Shown: in pieces, positions 26,501-41,500 of the stretch
How the letters are laid out: every line of letters begins with the position of its first letter
How positions within the stretch are numbered: position 1 is the stretch's first letter
From: Phoronis australis
Taxonomy: Eukaryota > Animalia > Phoronida
Reading direction: 5' to 3'
NCBI GenBank assembly: GCA_002633005.1
Contig: NMRA01000034.1
Coordinates: 1,077,766 to 1,141,765 of the forward strand
DNA: 64,000 bases
The notes under the pieces: generated by a model
Seen by the model: only the letters and a program-made list of their open reading frames with translations
Databases searched by the model: none
Told to the model about the DNA's origin: nothing
Made by a program: the position numbers and the translations under genes

Positions 26501-29500
26501 AAATTGCTCAGAAAGGTTTTTAAGAACAATGAGTTTTGAAAAATTAGGGAAAGCGTTTAGCTTGATGACAGATTCGGTTTGGGAACAATATTTTTTCAGC
26601 GGCATTTCACCAACAAACATCAAACTGAAGAGCAACACAACATACACTGTGAACTGGTTATCAGTCATGGATGTAAAGCATTCAAGCATGCTGATCACAT
26701 AACTGTCAAATTGCTTGAAAACCAAAACTGACGGAGGATCAGAACAAAGCCAACCTTGCCACCAGTGACTAAATTCAAGGTGAACACACACTGGAATCTG
26801 AGGAGCAGGATATGTGTGACTACCACCATACAAAATCTTAGCTCCCCGCAACACACAATTTGTGTAACTTAAGAGTAAAAACAATACAAAAGCCAAATGC
26901 TTTATTCAACTATTGCAACAGAAAAAACAGACACGAAAGTACAAGTCCTGAAAATTAACCAGAAGAACTACTTTAAGTAAACCCTACCTGACTTACAAAA
27001 ATTCTAGATGCAGAATAAATAAACCTCCTATGCTTTACTTCATAACTTCTTGTAAGTTGGCGAGTCAGCAAGAAAGCGAGTGAGTGAGTGACATTTATTT
27101 GCCTTCGACATTCAAATAAAACCTTGAGCGTTTAGTTATGCATGATGCAGGGCTTGGAATGACCAATGACAAAAACGCGGAAACTTTGAAACTTTTACGG
27201 CCCAAATCATGCCCGATAACCAGCCTTGAAATGGTCAATGTGAACCCTTCCCCGACAAAAATCGGGAGGACTAAAAAAAAAAAAACGTTACCACCATCAG
27301 TAGCATGCGTCTGCGTCCTTTTAGCTCGCCCGTCCACTCCCAACCCACACATTTTTGGCTGCAGAGCGGTAGTATTTGTCGCCGCGCTTAACAATAACAC
27401 GAGACACCATTGAAAATCCCACCACGCTGTCCCAGATGCCCCGGCAATGTTGACAATTTACGTTCCTCCGAAACATAAAGAGCAATATCAAATCCGATTT
27501 TTTTACGCAGAAATACTATAAAAAAAGCCGAAAGCACATTTAAAAAAAAGCGGAAATCCGCGTTTCCGCGGAAAATTCCAAGCCCTGATGATGTCATAAT
27601 CGTGACACAAGGTGCAGATGTGAATTCAAACCTTAACACGAGAATTGTTTTGAAAGTCTTTGTTTGTCTTAATACAGCCATCCCTGATTTTAAGGTTTAC
27701 CTGTTTTAGACATTTTCCTATCAAGCAGCCTACGGATAGTTAACCAGATATTAAGTAGAACAAGATGAATATCACTGGACCCACCTTTGTTTTCTATGAC
27801 AGCGATGCACTTCTGGACAAACCTGGGAACTGTGGATTTCTCTCTGGCACACAGGTGGTGCAGGTGCGCACCAAAGACACGCTCCTCCTGAAGGATACCC
27901 CGTTTTTCTAATGACTCCATTGTCGGCCGACGTCGGATCATGTCGCGGAGACGCGCACGAATCCGCGATTTCTTCTCCAGCGTATCCATGTCGGGGTCTT
28001 CATAGAGGGTGTACGTCTCTTTTTTGTTGTCTGAAGAGATGAGTTATTCCTGTATACTTTATTATCCCATAGTAATATCAAATCAGATCACAGAAGACAG
28101 ACAGCTTTTTAAACCGTTTTCAATCTGACACCAAAAGATACAAGTAAGAATGAAAAATTAGAGTTAGAGAAACATGTGGTAAGCAGACATTCAAAATCAT
28201 GTTCAATGTTCAGGATTGTTTAAGGAGTCACAGAGGATTAATTTTGAGTGAAATCGTTCCACATTCAAACTTTTAATGAACAGGTGTTTTCTTTTCCATG
28301 CAAAATAATTTGCTGTTAATACATATAAAGTAGAAAATCATTTCGTTGCTACGGAATTCACAGTCAGTCGTGGCAGGAGAAATAATCTTGACTTTAGTCC
28401 TCACTGATATCGACACAATATTACTTTCCGTGAGTCAACTATCACATTTGTGAACCACGCCATGACATCAGTGACAGTCACCCGTAACAGAAGTTATGAC
28501 ACGGTAATCAGTCTGAATTGCCATCGTGAATATGCTGTTGCATGCAAACAGTTTATTTTTCCTTCCCCCAGAACCCCTTTTAATAACGCGGCTTCCCGTG
28601 GTCAGTTTCGGTGAAACACTTTTAAAAACACATTGTTGACAATCTGACGCGGTAGTACTGGGACCTCCGGTATGTTAGTTTTGCACTTGCAAAACTTCAC
28701 AACAGTAAAAATGGCGGGAGTGGTCTAAGGACATTTGTCAGAACTATCAATTGAACAGAAACCTCAAGTGTCATGGTAAAAAAATAGAACTACCCATTGT
28801 ACAGAAACCTTAAGTCTCATTGTATAAACAGAACTACCCATTGTACAGCAACCTCAAGTCTCATGGTATAAACAGGAATACCCATTCTACAGAAACCTCA
28901 AGTCTCATGGTATAAACAGAACAACCCATTGTACAGAGACCTCAAGTCTCATGGTATAAAACTCAAGCAGTAATGTTCAACATGATAAGCAGGGGACAAC
29001 AGACAAAAGAAGATCCAACTTTTGGCTGAAGACTCCAGAAACATACCACTGTCCAAAGAATTAATACATTCGAAGCAACACGACATACATTTGATGCTTT
29101 CATTTAACATACTTTTGGAATGTCTGCCTCTGGATGATCTTTGGACAGCAGTCTGAGGCTCGTCCGGTGCTTCAATGACTGGGTGACCTTCCTCCACGGA
29201 ATCTGGCACATCAGAGTTCTGAAAGTTAAAAATCATCCAGTTTTCTTGCATAATCAAGAAGTGAATCACAAAACAGACAACTAATATTGCATCGTAAGTG
29301 ATGCAGTAACAAAGAAATTACCCAGCAATACCCGCAGTTTCCCGTCGTATGCTCTACATGCCAATACATAAACAAAAAAATCGTTTTCTGATCAAGACTA
29401 ATAGTGACCTGTCAAAACTCGTCATTTCAGGCAATCTGATCATTAATGCCGCTAGCATTCGGTTGTCATTTTAAGACTTTTTTGTTTAAACAAAACATGA

Positions 29501-32500
29501 AATGTGCAGTTCACATGTTTGATGGATGTGACACAGCTTAAGACCATATGTAACAACAGACAGACAAAACTTGGGCAAAAGTACCGGTGGGTTTTCACCC
29601 GCAAATTAGAGTCACAAAATTGTATCATGTTGGTTAAGGAATCTAAAGTACTCACAAACTGGGCCACTGCTGCAGAGAGGTTCAGATACCATTCATGTAT
29701 TTTTAAGGCATCATCACTTTGTAACAAGTATTGGTTGCCAGGTGTGGATACCTGAAATAATGAAGAAAAATATACATGGTAGTAAGGACTTGGAAAATAA
29801 TGGATAATTAAATCAATTCGGCCTAGGAAATAAGGCAGAAATAAAAAAGTGAAATTTCTTCTTTGCTTTCTCAAGCTAGTTTCTAGAAAATATAACAGTA
29901 GTGCTGTCATGAAATCACATAGAAGCAAAAACTCTTTAACACTATAAAAAGACAAGACTTGTAGTATTTTCATAAATAGTTTCAGTCCTAAATAGAAGCG
30001 ACATTACCACAATCTGAGAATTGGCAAGCAAGTGCAATGAAACCCAAACCGAGCAAAACTGAACTTATGACATGAGGTAAATATGGGAACACATCCGTTA
30101 TGTATACAGCCTTGTTTGTAGTGCCATCTATAGTTTATATTAACAGTGGCAGTGATACTAATGCAACCTTTGCTCAATCTAAATTCGAACTGAACATCAT
30201 ACGTGTCTGGACTGACGAAAACTTATTAAACTACAGCTTTAAATTTAAAGACCAGACACAGAGATGAAGGATAAACCCTGTACCCAGGCCCAAAACATGG
30301 TTGAATGGAACCTCAACACTACATTCAGATATTTGGCGCCTGTAACCACCAAGGTTACTAAACTGGAGCCAAACTGACCAATCAAGCCGCATGCTTGGAG
30401 TAACCATTCAAACAAAAACAATGCACAGTTCAGGTTGATTGTAGAGTTCAGGCTCAAGCAGTCTGTGCACCTGGACGTTCTGAGAATTGAACGCAGCATA
30501 TTTATGGGTCCAAACACAGGATCGTTCCTCCACACTGAGAAATAACTCAGCTGTAATGGCTTGCTTTGCAAATGACACCGTAGAACAGTCTTGCCTGTAT
30601 AAAGTGTTTCTTGCTGGACTTCTCCTTGTCCCCCCACTCCACCTTGCCATTCTGGAGGTCAATCATTGTCTCCGCCTTGCCAAGAGGAGACTTGGGGCTC
30701 TGTCAAAACATATGAGTGTCATTACTTATTGTTGTTACCACAACTGTTTAAAGTACAATAAAATTTCACCAATTTCGGACAAAAATAATTGCAAAAATTA
30801 CACCTTCTTCATTTTTCAAGGTCTTGTAACATTGTGAATGCTCACATTTTTTCAAAATAATTTCTGTTGATAGCTATGGTACAAAACTTGAACATGGCAA
30901 AGCATTGATTTGATGCGACATAATCTTTTATGAAAAATGTCTTGCCCGCCATATTGTGTGAGATTTTACTGTATTACACTCCAGCAGTGGTTTGAGCTGT
31001 GGTTTGGGAGACTCAGGTTCAAATCTTGAATTCATTTGCCAACAGTAGGGCAGCCTATCAACAGTGGTGGTTCTGACTCCTCTGAATTTGGTGTTGGTAG
31101 TGGGTGAAATCAAGGCAATGAACAAAAACCTGGGTATAATAGGGAATTGAAGTGACTTCCATGGCAACAACACTTTAAAAAGCATAATGTAAAAATAAAA
31201 TTGCCATCAGGGGCACACCGGTAGTCGTTTCCGTCCGAAGATTCGTACGTGCAGTCCCATCCATGAGAAGAACACACAAAATTTCATGAACATAAACCAA
31301 AAAGGCTTTTGGATATAGAGCAGAAGATGCTGGACAGATACCAGACGGACGGGCAGGGATGATGGCATAATGAAAAGATGTTGAATATGGATGGCAAACT
31401 CATTACCCCGACGGAGGCCTTCCTGTCTTTGTAGAAGAGAAGCTGAGACCCATTGAAGACGCAAAATGCATCACACCAATTTTTTCTGAAATAATAAAGT
31501 AGACATTTTGAACAAGTTGAATGAGAAAGCAATGTAAACGCAAGACTGTTACTAGCAATGATAATTAATGTAGCATTCAGGTAATGTTTTGCACATCATT
31601 ATATGTCACAACAAATATCATTCATGCCATTCTAACATGTTACAATGCAAAAAAAGCTAAATTGGTGTCAATCTTTGAGTACATGTTTGTTAATTAGGAC
31701 AATAAATGTTCACAGGCTCAAAATTCGATGATTAAAATGGCAAATCTCCCCANCACTCCAGCAGTGGTTTGAGCTGTGGTTTGGGAGACTCAGGTTCAAA
31801 TCTTGAATTCATTTGCCAACAGTAGGGCAGCGTATCAACAGTGGTGGTTCTGACTCCTCTGAATTTGGTGTTGGTAGTGGGTGAAATCAAGGCAATGAAC
31901 AAAAACCTGGGTATAATGGGGAATTGAAGTGACTTTCATGGCAACAACACTTTAAGAAGCATAATGTAAAAATAAAATTGCCATTAGGGGCACACCGGTA
32001 GTCGTTTCCGTCCGAAGATTCGTACATGCAGTCCCATCCATGAAAAGAACACACAAAATTTCATGAACATAAACCAAAAAGGCTTTTGGATATAGAGCAG
32101 AAGACGTTGGACAGATACCAGACGGACGGGCAGGGATGATGGCATAATGAAAAGATGTTGAATATGGATGGTAAACTCATTACCCCGACGGAGGCCTTCC
32201 TGTCTTTGTAGAAGAGAAGCTGAGACCCGTTGAAGACGCAAAATGTATCACACCAATTTTTTCTGAAATAATAAAGCAGACATTTTGAACAAGTTGAATG
32301 AGAAAGCAATGTAAACGCAAGACTGTTACTAGCAATGATAATTAATGTAGCATTCAGCTAATGTTTTGCATATCATTATATGTCACAACAAATATCATTC
32401 ATGCCATTCTAACATGTTACAATGCAAAAAAAGCTAAATTGGTGTCAATCTTTGAGTACATGTTTGTTAATTAGGACAATAAATGTTCACAGGCTCAAAA

Positions 32501-35500
32501 TTCGATGATTAAAATGGCAAATCTCCCCACTGAAGAGACACTGAGGTAAATTTCAGGCACTGACAGATATTGCAGTTCTACTAGGTCTATATTTGACAAA
32601 ACACAATGTTTAATAAACCCTATGGTGTACTACAAAACAGGTGCTTCGTGCTTCATAACAACAAGACATGCCATTCCCATTAGCAGCATATAGCCGATAG
32701 TAATGTGTGTTACAGTACTGAGTAGTCAAACATGAACACCAACCTATGAGTCAGAAACATGAATATCTTTTACAGTGTTTCAGTGTGCTGACATCTATTA
32801 TGTTATACATACTTCACAAATATGTAAGCGTCATTACATACACAAAATCTCATCACCACTTCCTCCTAATAAGACACTCACTTAACCTTCCGTCCGTTTT
32901 CTAAAACCTTTGCTCGGTTGAGATTATCCCGCAGGGACCTTATCTGAAACTAAAGGAAAGATGTGCACATCTTTAACAGTTATGTCACTCTCAAATTCAC
33001 CAGGCACTGTATTATCAAAGCAATCGGCAAATGGCAGAATTAGCAAATGCCAGTCATTAAGTTCTGTAGTACTGAGAGTGTACATGTGTAACAAGGAATT
33101 AATTTCATCCATGTATAATTCAATGGAGGTGTTCCCTTACAGCACGATTCACCAGACTGTGCCACCACACAACAGCAGAAATTAATTGATGCATGATGAT
33201 CTAAAAACAATAAAAAGCATTGAGAAATCACAATTGCTCTGAGTGTCCATTCAATCATATGCTGAACAATCGTCCACCTATTACTCTACTGCCATATGGT
33301 TACAAAATGACTGAAAATAGACGGCGATACAGTACCAGAATATGGCAAGTCGCAAGACAAGACATTCCAGTCAAACTTGAATTCATCTCAATGATGGCTA
33401 CGCAGATAATCCCATTAATAATTTAGTTACATAACAAAGTCAAGACTTGGAAAAAATGACTCACTTCATTCTCTGGCAGAGCCATGACTGCAGCATGACT
33501 GACGAGTCCCAACTAAATCCAACTGTTTTTAGAATCTATGATTAGGACAGGAAATGGGTGTAGAAATAGAAATGTGAATAATGGAATCTAATGGAGAAAT
33601 AAATGTCGCAGACCTAATCTAAAGCTAGTTGAACATTTCCTAAAGTAATTACAATAAGCTCAAATTCAGCCTCAGACAAACTGGACTAAAACACTCAAAA
33701 TTAAAGGTTTCCCAGGCATGTGTTATTCAGTCGTTCAGCTCTTATTATATCTGGACGCACCAGCATGTTAGCGCAATCTTCCTAATAAATATTAAAAATA
33801 AACAACCACACAAAGGGTGACCCGAAAGACCTAAATCGATAAACTTTTGCGTAAAACCTTTAATTCCAATTCTCTTGGTAGTAACAGAACAAAAACTCCA
33901 TGCAATCTGACTTGTATGGCTAAAACTGAATTGTCAAATTGACAACCACCCTCAAACTTGAGAAAAATAATCTAATTTACACAGGACTTAGTTCAATTTG
34001 GGGTGCTTCAGTTTTTTTTGGTGACCCCGTTTAGAAGGATGTAGAAAGTACCAAAATAATTTCACACGCTACTTTTAAACCTTCCAAACGAAAACATACA
34101 ATTAATAGCTAAAATGCCCATTAATAACACTGCCATAAAATCTGTGTGCCAGAACCCTGAAATAGGAGCAAGTCAAATTATTTTAGCTGACATAACAAAC
34201 AGCTTGTATGAATAGAACTTTGTTAATCAAAAAGGATGATGTTTATAAGAATGCCTTCATGGAACGTCGAGGAAGATTATCTACCAAGTCTGTTCTTTCA
34301 AACATCCATGGCACAATGTACTACGTACCTGCATCGGTGGCGAACTGGCTCGTTTTGACTCCCGCTTTAAGCTTTCCTGAAATAAGCAATTTCAGGAACT
34401 AGAGTTGACATACAGAATCATGGTCAAAGCATTAGACAGCACTGAACACTGCGACGCGTAAAAACTAATGGAAATACAACTCAAGTTAGTGATACTCATG
34501 AAATCTGAAGAGCTGAATATAACAAGTTGGGATCAGCACAACACTTGGGTGATTGGGTATATTTGACAATCACTTGACTAATAATTTAATGTCCCTAAAA
34601 CATGCAAATGCTTAGTACTCTATGTTAGGCAAAATGCTGTAGAATGAGGAGTGATGTGGCCAACAGATGGCGTGCTGGACAAACTTAACGTGTTTGCAAC
34701 ATATTTTCCACGTCATATTCAGAGTGACATATTCGTGTATACACGCAGAAAATAGTCAAGGAATTTCTTACTTTATAGAAAGCGCCAGGGCATAGATTAG
34801 TGAATGGCAACATTTTTAACTTAAAAGTTAGTAGTGTACTCAAAATATAAGCCTGCTGGGCAAACGTTTTGATACGGGAGGGGGGAGATGGAATAAGGAC
34901 CTATAACAGTAGTTAAAAGTCAGAGTTCATGGTGTCAGAAATGTGTTGAATTTAATATGTCCCGTTTTTCATAAGACTTCTTTTTATTTGAGATTCATTG
35001 GCACTGTTCAATTTAGGAAGCTACAAATCATAAAAAAACTTTTTGTGGCTCAGTTAGTAGGGCCATGGGCGTATATTCTTAAAATGGGCTTATATTTGGG
35101 AGAGGGGCTGCTTGCAGAAATTCCTGGTACACTTAATGCAAAACTGACAACATGGCACAATGAAAACGTCGACAGCCAACCAAACCCACTAGTTCACACA
35201 AAGCACAGGTCACTTTTTTCCGACCAGTTGGCAACAAGTCGGAGAGAACTGCGGACAAACATTAGCAAACTGATCATATTGGTGCTGTCTGACCTCAAGT
35301 GGCCAAATTAATACTGTTCCTGGTTCAAGAACTTGCCCTCGGCAGTTCAAAGCAAAAAACACACATATGTATATCTTCACATACATTACAGGACTATTCT
35401 CAACGTAAAATTGTATTAACTTATCAATAAGAAAAATTCAGCTCAAATCTATTCTTTCCTTGCTGCAGTACAGTAGATGAAATTTGAAAAACGGCAAGTT

Positions 35501-38500
35501 GCAAATTATCAACACAACACAGTCAGTGTGCAATGCTTCATTATTCCAATTGAATAGTATGAAAAACTGTCAGGTGAAAATGGCAAATTTGAAAATCCAA
35601 TCCTATGTACGCAGTCACACTGTCTGGTGTCTTTGATTTTAAGCACATCTTACACTGTTTACTGCTACGCAAACAATTTATGGAAACAGCATCACGCCAA
35701 TCGCTGATCTGCGACGTACTCATGGTAAATGCTCATTTTTGTGTTAGGTGACTAACCCATTTTTTAATGGAATTACTTAATGTGCCAGGCCATTTTTGAA
35801 TTTCAGTGTTAGTCAACACCCCATGAAATTGACAAATTTCAAACATCATGTTTCTTTATCTGCTGAGGGTTTGTATATTCTTGATAACAGGTAAGGAAAA
35901 CTTTGAGACAGATTATGTAAGTTTCATTTTCTAGTCCAATAAACAGGGCTTCACACTTTGTCAAGTGTGATCTCATATTGTAAAAAACACCCACTCTACA
36001 GAACCTGAGGAAACACAAACAACCACTACTTGAAAAAAATGGCATGCGTATGACCGTGAGGATGGATTTTATCAGTAGCCCCACCGTGTGCAATCACAAT
36101 GATAAGAGCATAGAATTATATGAATAGCATTGACCTAATGAAGATAGCAGCATGACAGTTGCATTAAATTTGCCATGTTCACCAGGGAGCAAATGGACAT
36201 GAGAGAACAGTTGCCAACTTTTCAAGGACATTTACACTACATATTAGACATGATGACACATGTACAAAATACACAACAATATTAATGGTAAGAGCAATGG
36301 GTTGAAGATGCATACACCTTAATGTAGGATGGTTTCAACACATGCATGGAATCTACACTGAGGTTGACTACAGATGCCTAGCTACAGAGTTGTTAGAAGA
36401 GGCAAGGGCAAAATATGACAGAATGGCAAATGTAAGAAACAGACATATATGAATCACAGTTTATCACATGACAGATTCAAGCCAGTATTGAAATGATTTG
36501 TCCAGATCTTGAGAAATCTTTGAGTCAAGTAGTCAAAATATTGAGTTTATGATGAAAAATCAAACACAACCTTCTCTAAAACCACTCAAATAGTACTTTA
36601 CATAATTCTCAATCTTTCCCTTATGGAGTACGTAAGTGCCTTAGTGCAGTAAAAGCAATCCCATTTTCTGACATTTTACCTTATTGGCAATATACAAACC
36701 AAATGAAGTTATCTGTCTTGTTTTGAATAGTTTCAATACTTGGAAAAAAAACAAAATTTAAACAAAACATAACATTCAGAAATTAAACAGACTGTGTTCA
36801 TGGGGTAATTAATCATTGAGTTTATCAACTTCTGATGGTTCTCTCAGTTACCAAGTAGATTTTTTGGCTACTCCAGCAAGCTGTTTTTAATATTTCTCAC
36901 ATTACTTTCATTTCAACAAACTATCATAGGTAAGAAAATAAAACGTTCTGGGCAGTCAACAGATGGGGAAGCATTCTAACTGAAAGGTTGAAGATGGGGG
37001 TAATGCAGTTTAGTTGAAAACAGTAAATAACAATAAGAACATGCAGATGAAATCTACTCACTAGCTACACTAACTGCCACACAATAAAAAGCCTGAAGTC
37101 AGCTAACAGAAACTACACCAAACAACAGATAGATGACACATAAAGAACACAGCGGCGTTAAAGCTACCTTGAACTTTTGTAACGACAAGCGACTCTACAA
37201 GACAAAGCAAGGATGGAACACGGTTTAAGAAAAATCAACAACCTACAGGCATTTATTGATTAACGGCAAAGCAGCAATCCCAGGTCAAGGCATGACATGA
37301 CAGGGAGGCAGATTCACTCATTATGACAGTGTTGAACAAACCCCCCCCACTAATTATCAAACCACTCTTCTAGTCACAATCATTATCATCTCAAAGTGAA
37401 GAAGTTAGTCAACAATTAAAGGATGCAAATACTGCTACAGTAATTCTCCACTTATCTTGCACAAAAACAATTAACAAAATTGACATTTTTCATTTTTCAA
37501 TGGCTGATTACTTTGCTGCATATAATTGGGAACATTTTTTATTTGTTTTTTTGACATCTACACAGTACAAACTATCCTGGTGACCAATTTACTGTTCAAT
37601 CATTATTTCTTACGTGAAGAAATTTGATAAATTTCGCTCATCAGCCATATTTTGCATTAAATAGGTGAAGAATAGCTGTAAGGCTTTAGTGTAATTTTAA
37701 ATAGTTCCAACACATGCAAGCATGATTATTCACTTCTTTACAGTATGCTGTACAAGACAGGTAGTCAACTTTTTATCAGTTGGTCTCATTACCGTGTTCT
37801 CTAGAGGAAGACACTCGGGTGACGGCTGCTCGAAATTTGATGGCAGCGTGGAGGCACGGCTCTCCACGACTGTAGGTAGGGCCCTACGTGGCACCACGAG
37901 GTCGTCAAAGCTGCCCACTCTTGTGCAGCGTAAGTCACGTGACGAATGCTTGTGACCGAAAAAACTTTCGTGCGAGTACCTACGCTCGTGAGACTGTGAA
38001 ACAAGGCAGAAACCGTCAGGAAACCAGGTATCAGTTACATGAAGAGTGACTTAAGACGTAAGTGTGAAATTTGGTCTTGCGTTTCCACTACATAGTTATG
38101 GTGTAGAAATTATTAGCCCATTACTGCCTAGAGATTATGAAGACAAATTACCACTGTATTAGAAGTTATTGGTATGTTCTCAGAGAATTCCTATTTTTGA
38201 TCAAGTGAGGTTTAAATATTTTTATAAAAGACAGGATGTCTGTGATGACAGATAACAGATTTACAATTAACCGCATCAATGAAATACATTTTGCCGAACC
38301 CTTACCCTACAGTACTCAAAGTACCAATTTTTTACTTTAGGTCTTAAGTCACTTTTCATAAATCAGGTCCCAAAGAAAAATAGAGTTAGCAGAAACATGC
38401 AAGTCAGTACAACAGTGNTATTAATGGTAAGAGCAATGGGTTGAAGATGCATACACCTTAGTGTAGGATGGTTTCAACACATGCATGGAATCTACACTGA

Positions 38501-41500
38501 GGTTGACTACAGATGCCTAGCTACAGAGTTGTTAGAAGAGGCAAGGGCAAAATATGACAGAACGGCAAATGTAAGAAACAGACATATATGAATCACAGTT
38601 AATCACATGACAGATTCAAGCCAGTATTGACGATGATTTGTCCAGATCTTGAGAAATCTTTGAGTCAAGTAGTCAAAATATTGAGTTTATGATGAAAAAT
38701 CAAACACAACCTTCTCTAAAACCACTCAAATAGTACATTACATCATTCTCGATCTTTCCCTTATGGAGTACGTAAGTGCCTTAGTGTAGTAAAAGCAATC
38801 CCATTTTCTGATATTTTACCTTATTGGCAATATACAAACCAAATGAAGTTATCTGTCTTGTTTTGAATAGTTTCAATGCTTGGAAAAGTAACAAAACATA
38901 AACAAAACATAAGATTCAGAAATTAAACAGACTGTGTTCATGGGGTAATTAATCATTGAGTTTATCAACTTCTGATGGTTCTCTCAGTTACCAAGTAGAT
39001 TTTTTGGCAACTCCAGCAAGCTGTTTTTAATATTTCTCACATGACTTTCATTTCAAAAAACTATCATAGGTAAGAAAATGAAACATTCTGGGCAGTCAAC
39101 AGTTGGGGAAGCATTCTAACTGAAAGGTTGAAGATGGGGGTAATGCGGTTTAGTTGAAAACAGTAAATAACAATAAGAACATGCAGATGAAATCTACTCA
39201 CTAGCTACACTAACTGTGTCACACAATAAAAAGCCTGAAGACAGCTAACAGAAACTACACCAAACAACAGATAGATGACACATAAAGAACACAGCGGCGT
39301 TAAAGCTACCTTGAACTTTTGTAACGACAAGCGACTCTACAAGACAAAGCAAGGATGGAGCACGGTTTAAGCAAAATCAACAACCTACAGGCATTTATTG
39401 ATTAACGGCAAAGCAGCAATCCCAGGTCAAGGCATGACATGACAGGGAGGCAGATTCACTCATTATGACAGTGTTGAACAAACCCCCCCACTAATTATCA
39501 AACCACTCTTCTAGTCACAATCATTATCATCTCAAAGTGAAGAAGTTAGTCAACAATTAAAGAATGCAAATACTGCTACAGTAATTCTCCACTTATCTTG
39601 CACAAAAACAATTAACAAAATTGACATTTTTCATTTTTCAATGGCTGATTACTTTGCTGCATATAATTGGGAACAATTTTTATTTGTTTTTTGACATCTA
39701 CACAGTACAAACTATCCTGGTGACCAATTATAGCTGTTCAATCATTATTTCTTACGTGAAGAAATTTGATAAATTTCGCTCATCAGCCATATTTTGCATT
39801 AAATAGGTGAAGAATAGCTGTAAGGCTTTAGTGTAATTTTAAATAGTTCCAACACATGCAAGCATGATTATTCACTTCTTTACATTATGCTTTACGAGAC
39901 AGGTAGTCAACTTTTTATCAGTTGGTCTCATTACCGTGTTCTCTAGAGGAAGACACTCGGGTGACGGCTGCTCGAAATTTGATGGCAGCGTGGAGGCACG
40001 GCTCTCCACGACTGTAGGTAGGGCCCTACGTGGCACCACGAGGTCGTCAAAGCTGCCCACTCTTGTGCAGCGTAAGTCACGTGACGAATGCTTGTGACCG
40101 AAAAAACTTTCGTGCGAGTACCTACGCTCGTGAGACTGTGAAACAAGGCAGAAACCGTCAGGAAACCAGGTATCAGTTACATGAAGAGTGACTTAAGACG
40201 TAAGTGTAAAATTTGGTCTTGCGTTTCCACTACATAGTTATGGTGTAGAAATTATTAGCCCATTACTGCCTAGAGATTATGAAGACAAATTACCACTGTA
40301 TTAGAAGTTATTGGTATGTTCTCAGAGAATTCCTATTTTTGATCAAGTGAGGTTTAAATATTTTTATAAAAGACAGGATGTCTGTGATGACAGATAACAG
40401 ATTTACAATTAACCGCATCAATGAAATACATTTTGCCGAACCCTTACCCTACAGTACTCAAAGTACCAATTTTTTACTTTAGGTCTTAAGTCACTTTTCA
40501 TAAATCAGGTCCCAAAGAAAAATAGAGTTAGCAGAAACATGCAAGTCAGTACAACAGTGGTTACCAAACCCTGAGTCGTAACCCCATAACCCTGGAGCAC
40601 GACCCCGAAGCACTGGGTCACGACCCCAAAGCACAGGGTCAGGATCCCTAACACTTGTTCAACTAAACTGTGAACCAATGTTAAGTGTTACACACATGCT
40701 ATGAAGAAGACAAACACCAGGGACTGAATAGCACACTGTGCAACCTAGTCTTATAAGGATTAACTAACACCCCACTAGGCCACAGTCTGGTAAATACCCA
40801 GGGTGTAAAAAAAGAAAAATTAAACTTGCGATGGGGTATAACGACCAAAGCAGTCAGGTCCAAGAATTAAATTTTAAAACGAAATGGCAGAATCCAAACA
40901 ATTTGCTGATTGTGAGTTTCTGACAAACAAACTGCATGGTTGATAAAAAGGAGTAATCACAGACAGACATAAATGGCGATTTAAGAACCAAATTTTACGG
41001 CCCTGTAAATCAAAAGTAGGGTTACAACCATACCTTGGGATTTAAAAGTGGCTAGAAAGCTATGAACATCTAACTGAACGTGTGTGTTAACCTGGACGTA
41101 TATAACAACAATCCAGCCATCATTAAGGTAGTGTGCTGCTAGAAAAAAATGATAAGAGACACACTTGTAGTTTTACTGAACACTGGAACGATGTAATTAC
41201 GAAAATCTGTAAAAGCATGTCGCATGTATCTCCAGCTTCCACCCACGTGTCTCACACACTCAGCAGCAGTTGTGTTCACAAAAGCCACAGATTAAAATTA
41301 TTAAATTTATTTGTTAACGAGCGTGACCTGGAAGACACTTTGGATGGAGGAGGATTGATTCCTTGGAGTATCTGAACTAACTCAAATCTAGCCACCCTTT
41401 GAAGAGGTTAAGGACCAGGGGGAGATTTTCAAGGGCCGGACGGTTTCTTTTGCCTCCTATAGTATACTCCGTGGTTTCTTTGTGTTTTTAATTACGTGAC

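Larger units (their letters stand above)
30977..32529. repeat. 776-bp tandem duplication across a single N (31753); probable uncollapsed haplotypes
   Basis: 30977-31752 versus 31754-32529, roughly 15 substitutions counted by eye. Confidence 0.9.
36280..40559. repeat. About 2.14-kb tandem duplication across a single N (38418); probable uncollapsed haplotypes
   Basis: 36280-38417 versus 38419-40559, near-identical with SNPs and 1-2 bp indels. Confidence 0.9.

Noticed and set aside
28756-28963. Regularly spaced repeats as a possible CRISPR array
   Set aside because: Contiguous tandem units with no unique spacers, in a eukaryotic intron with no cas genes.
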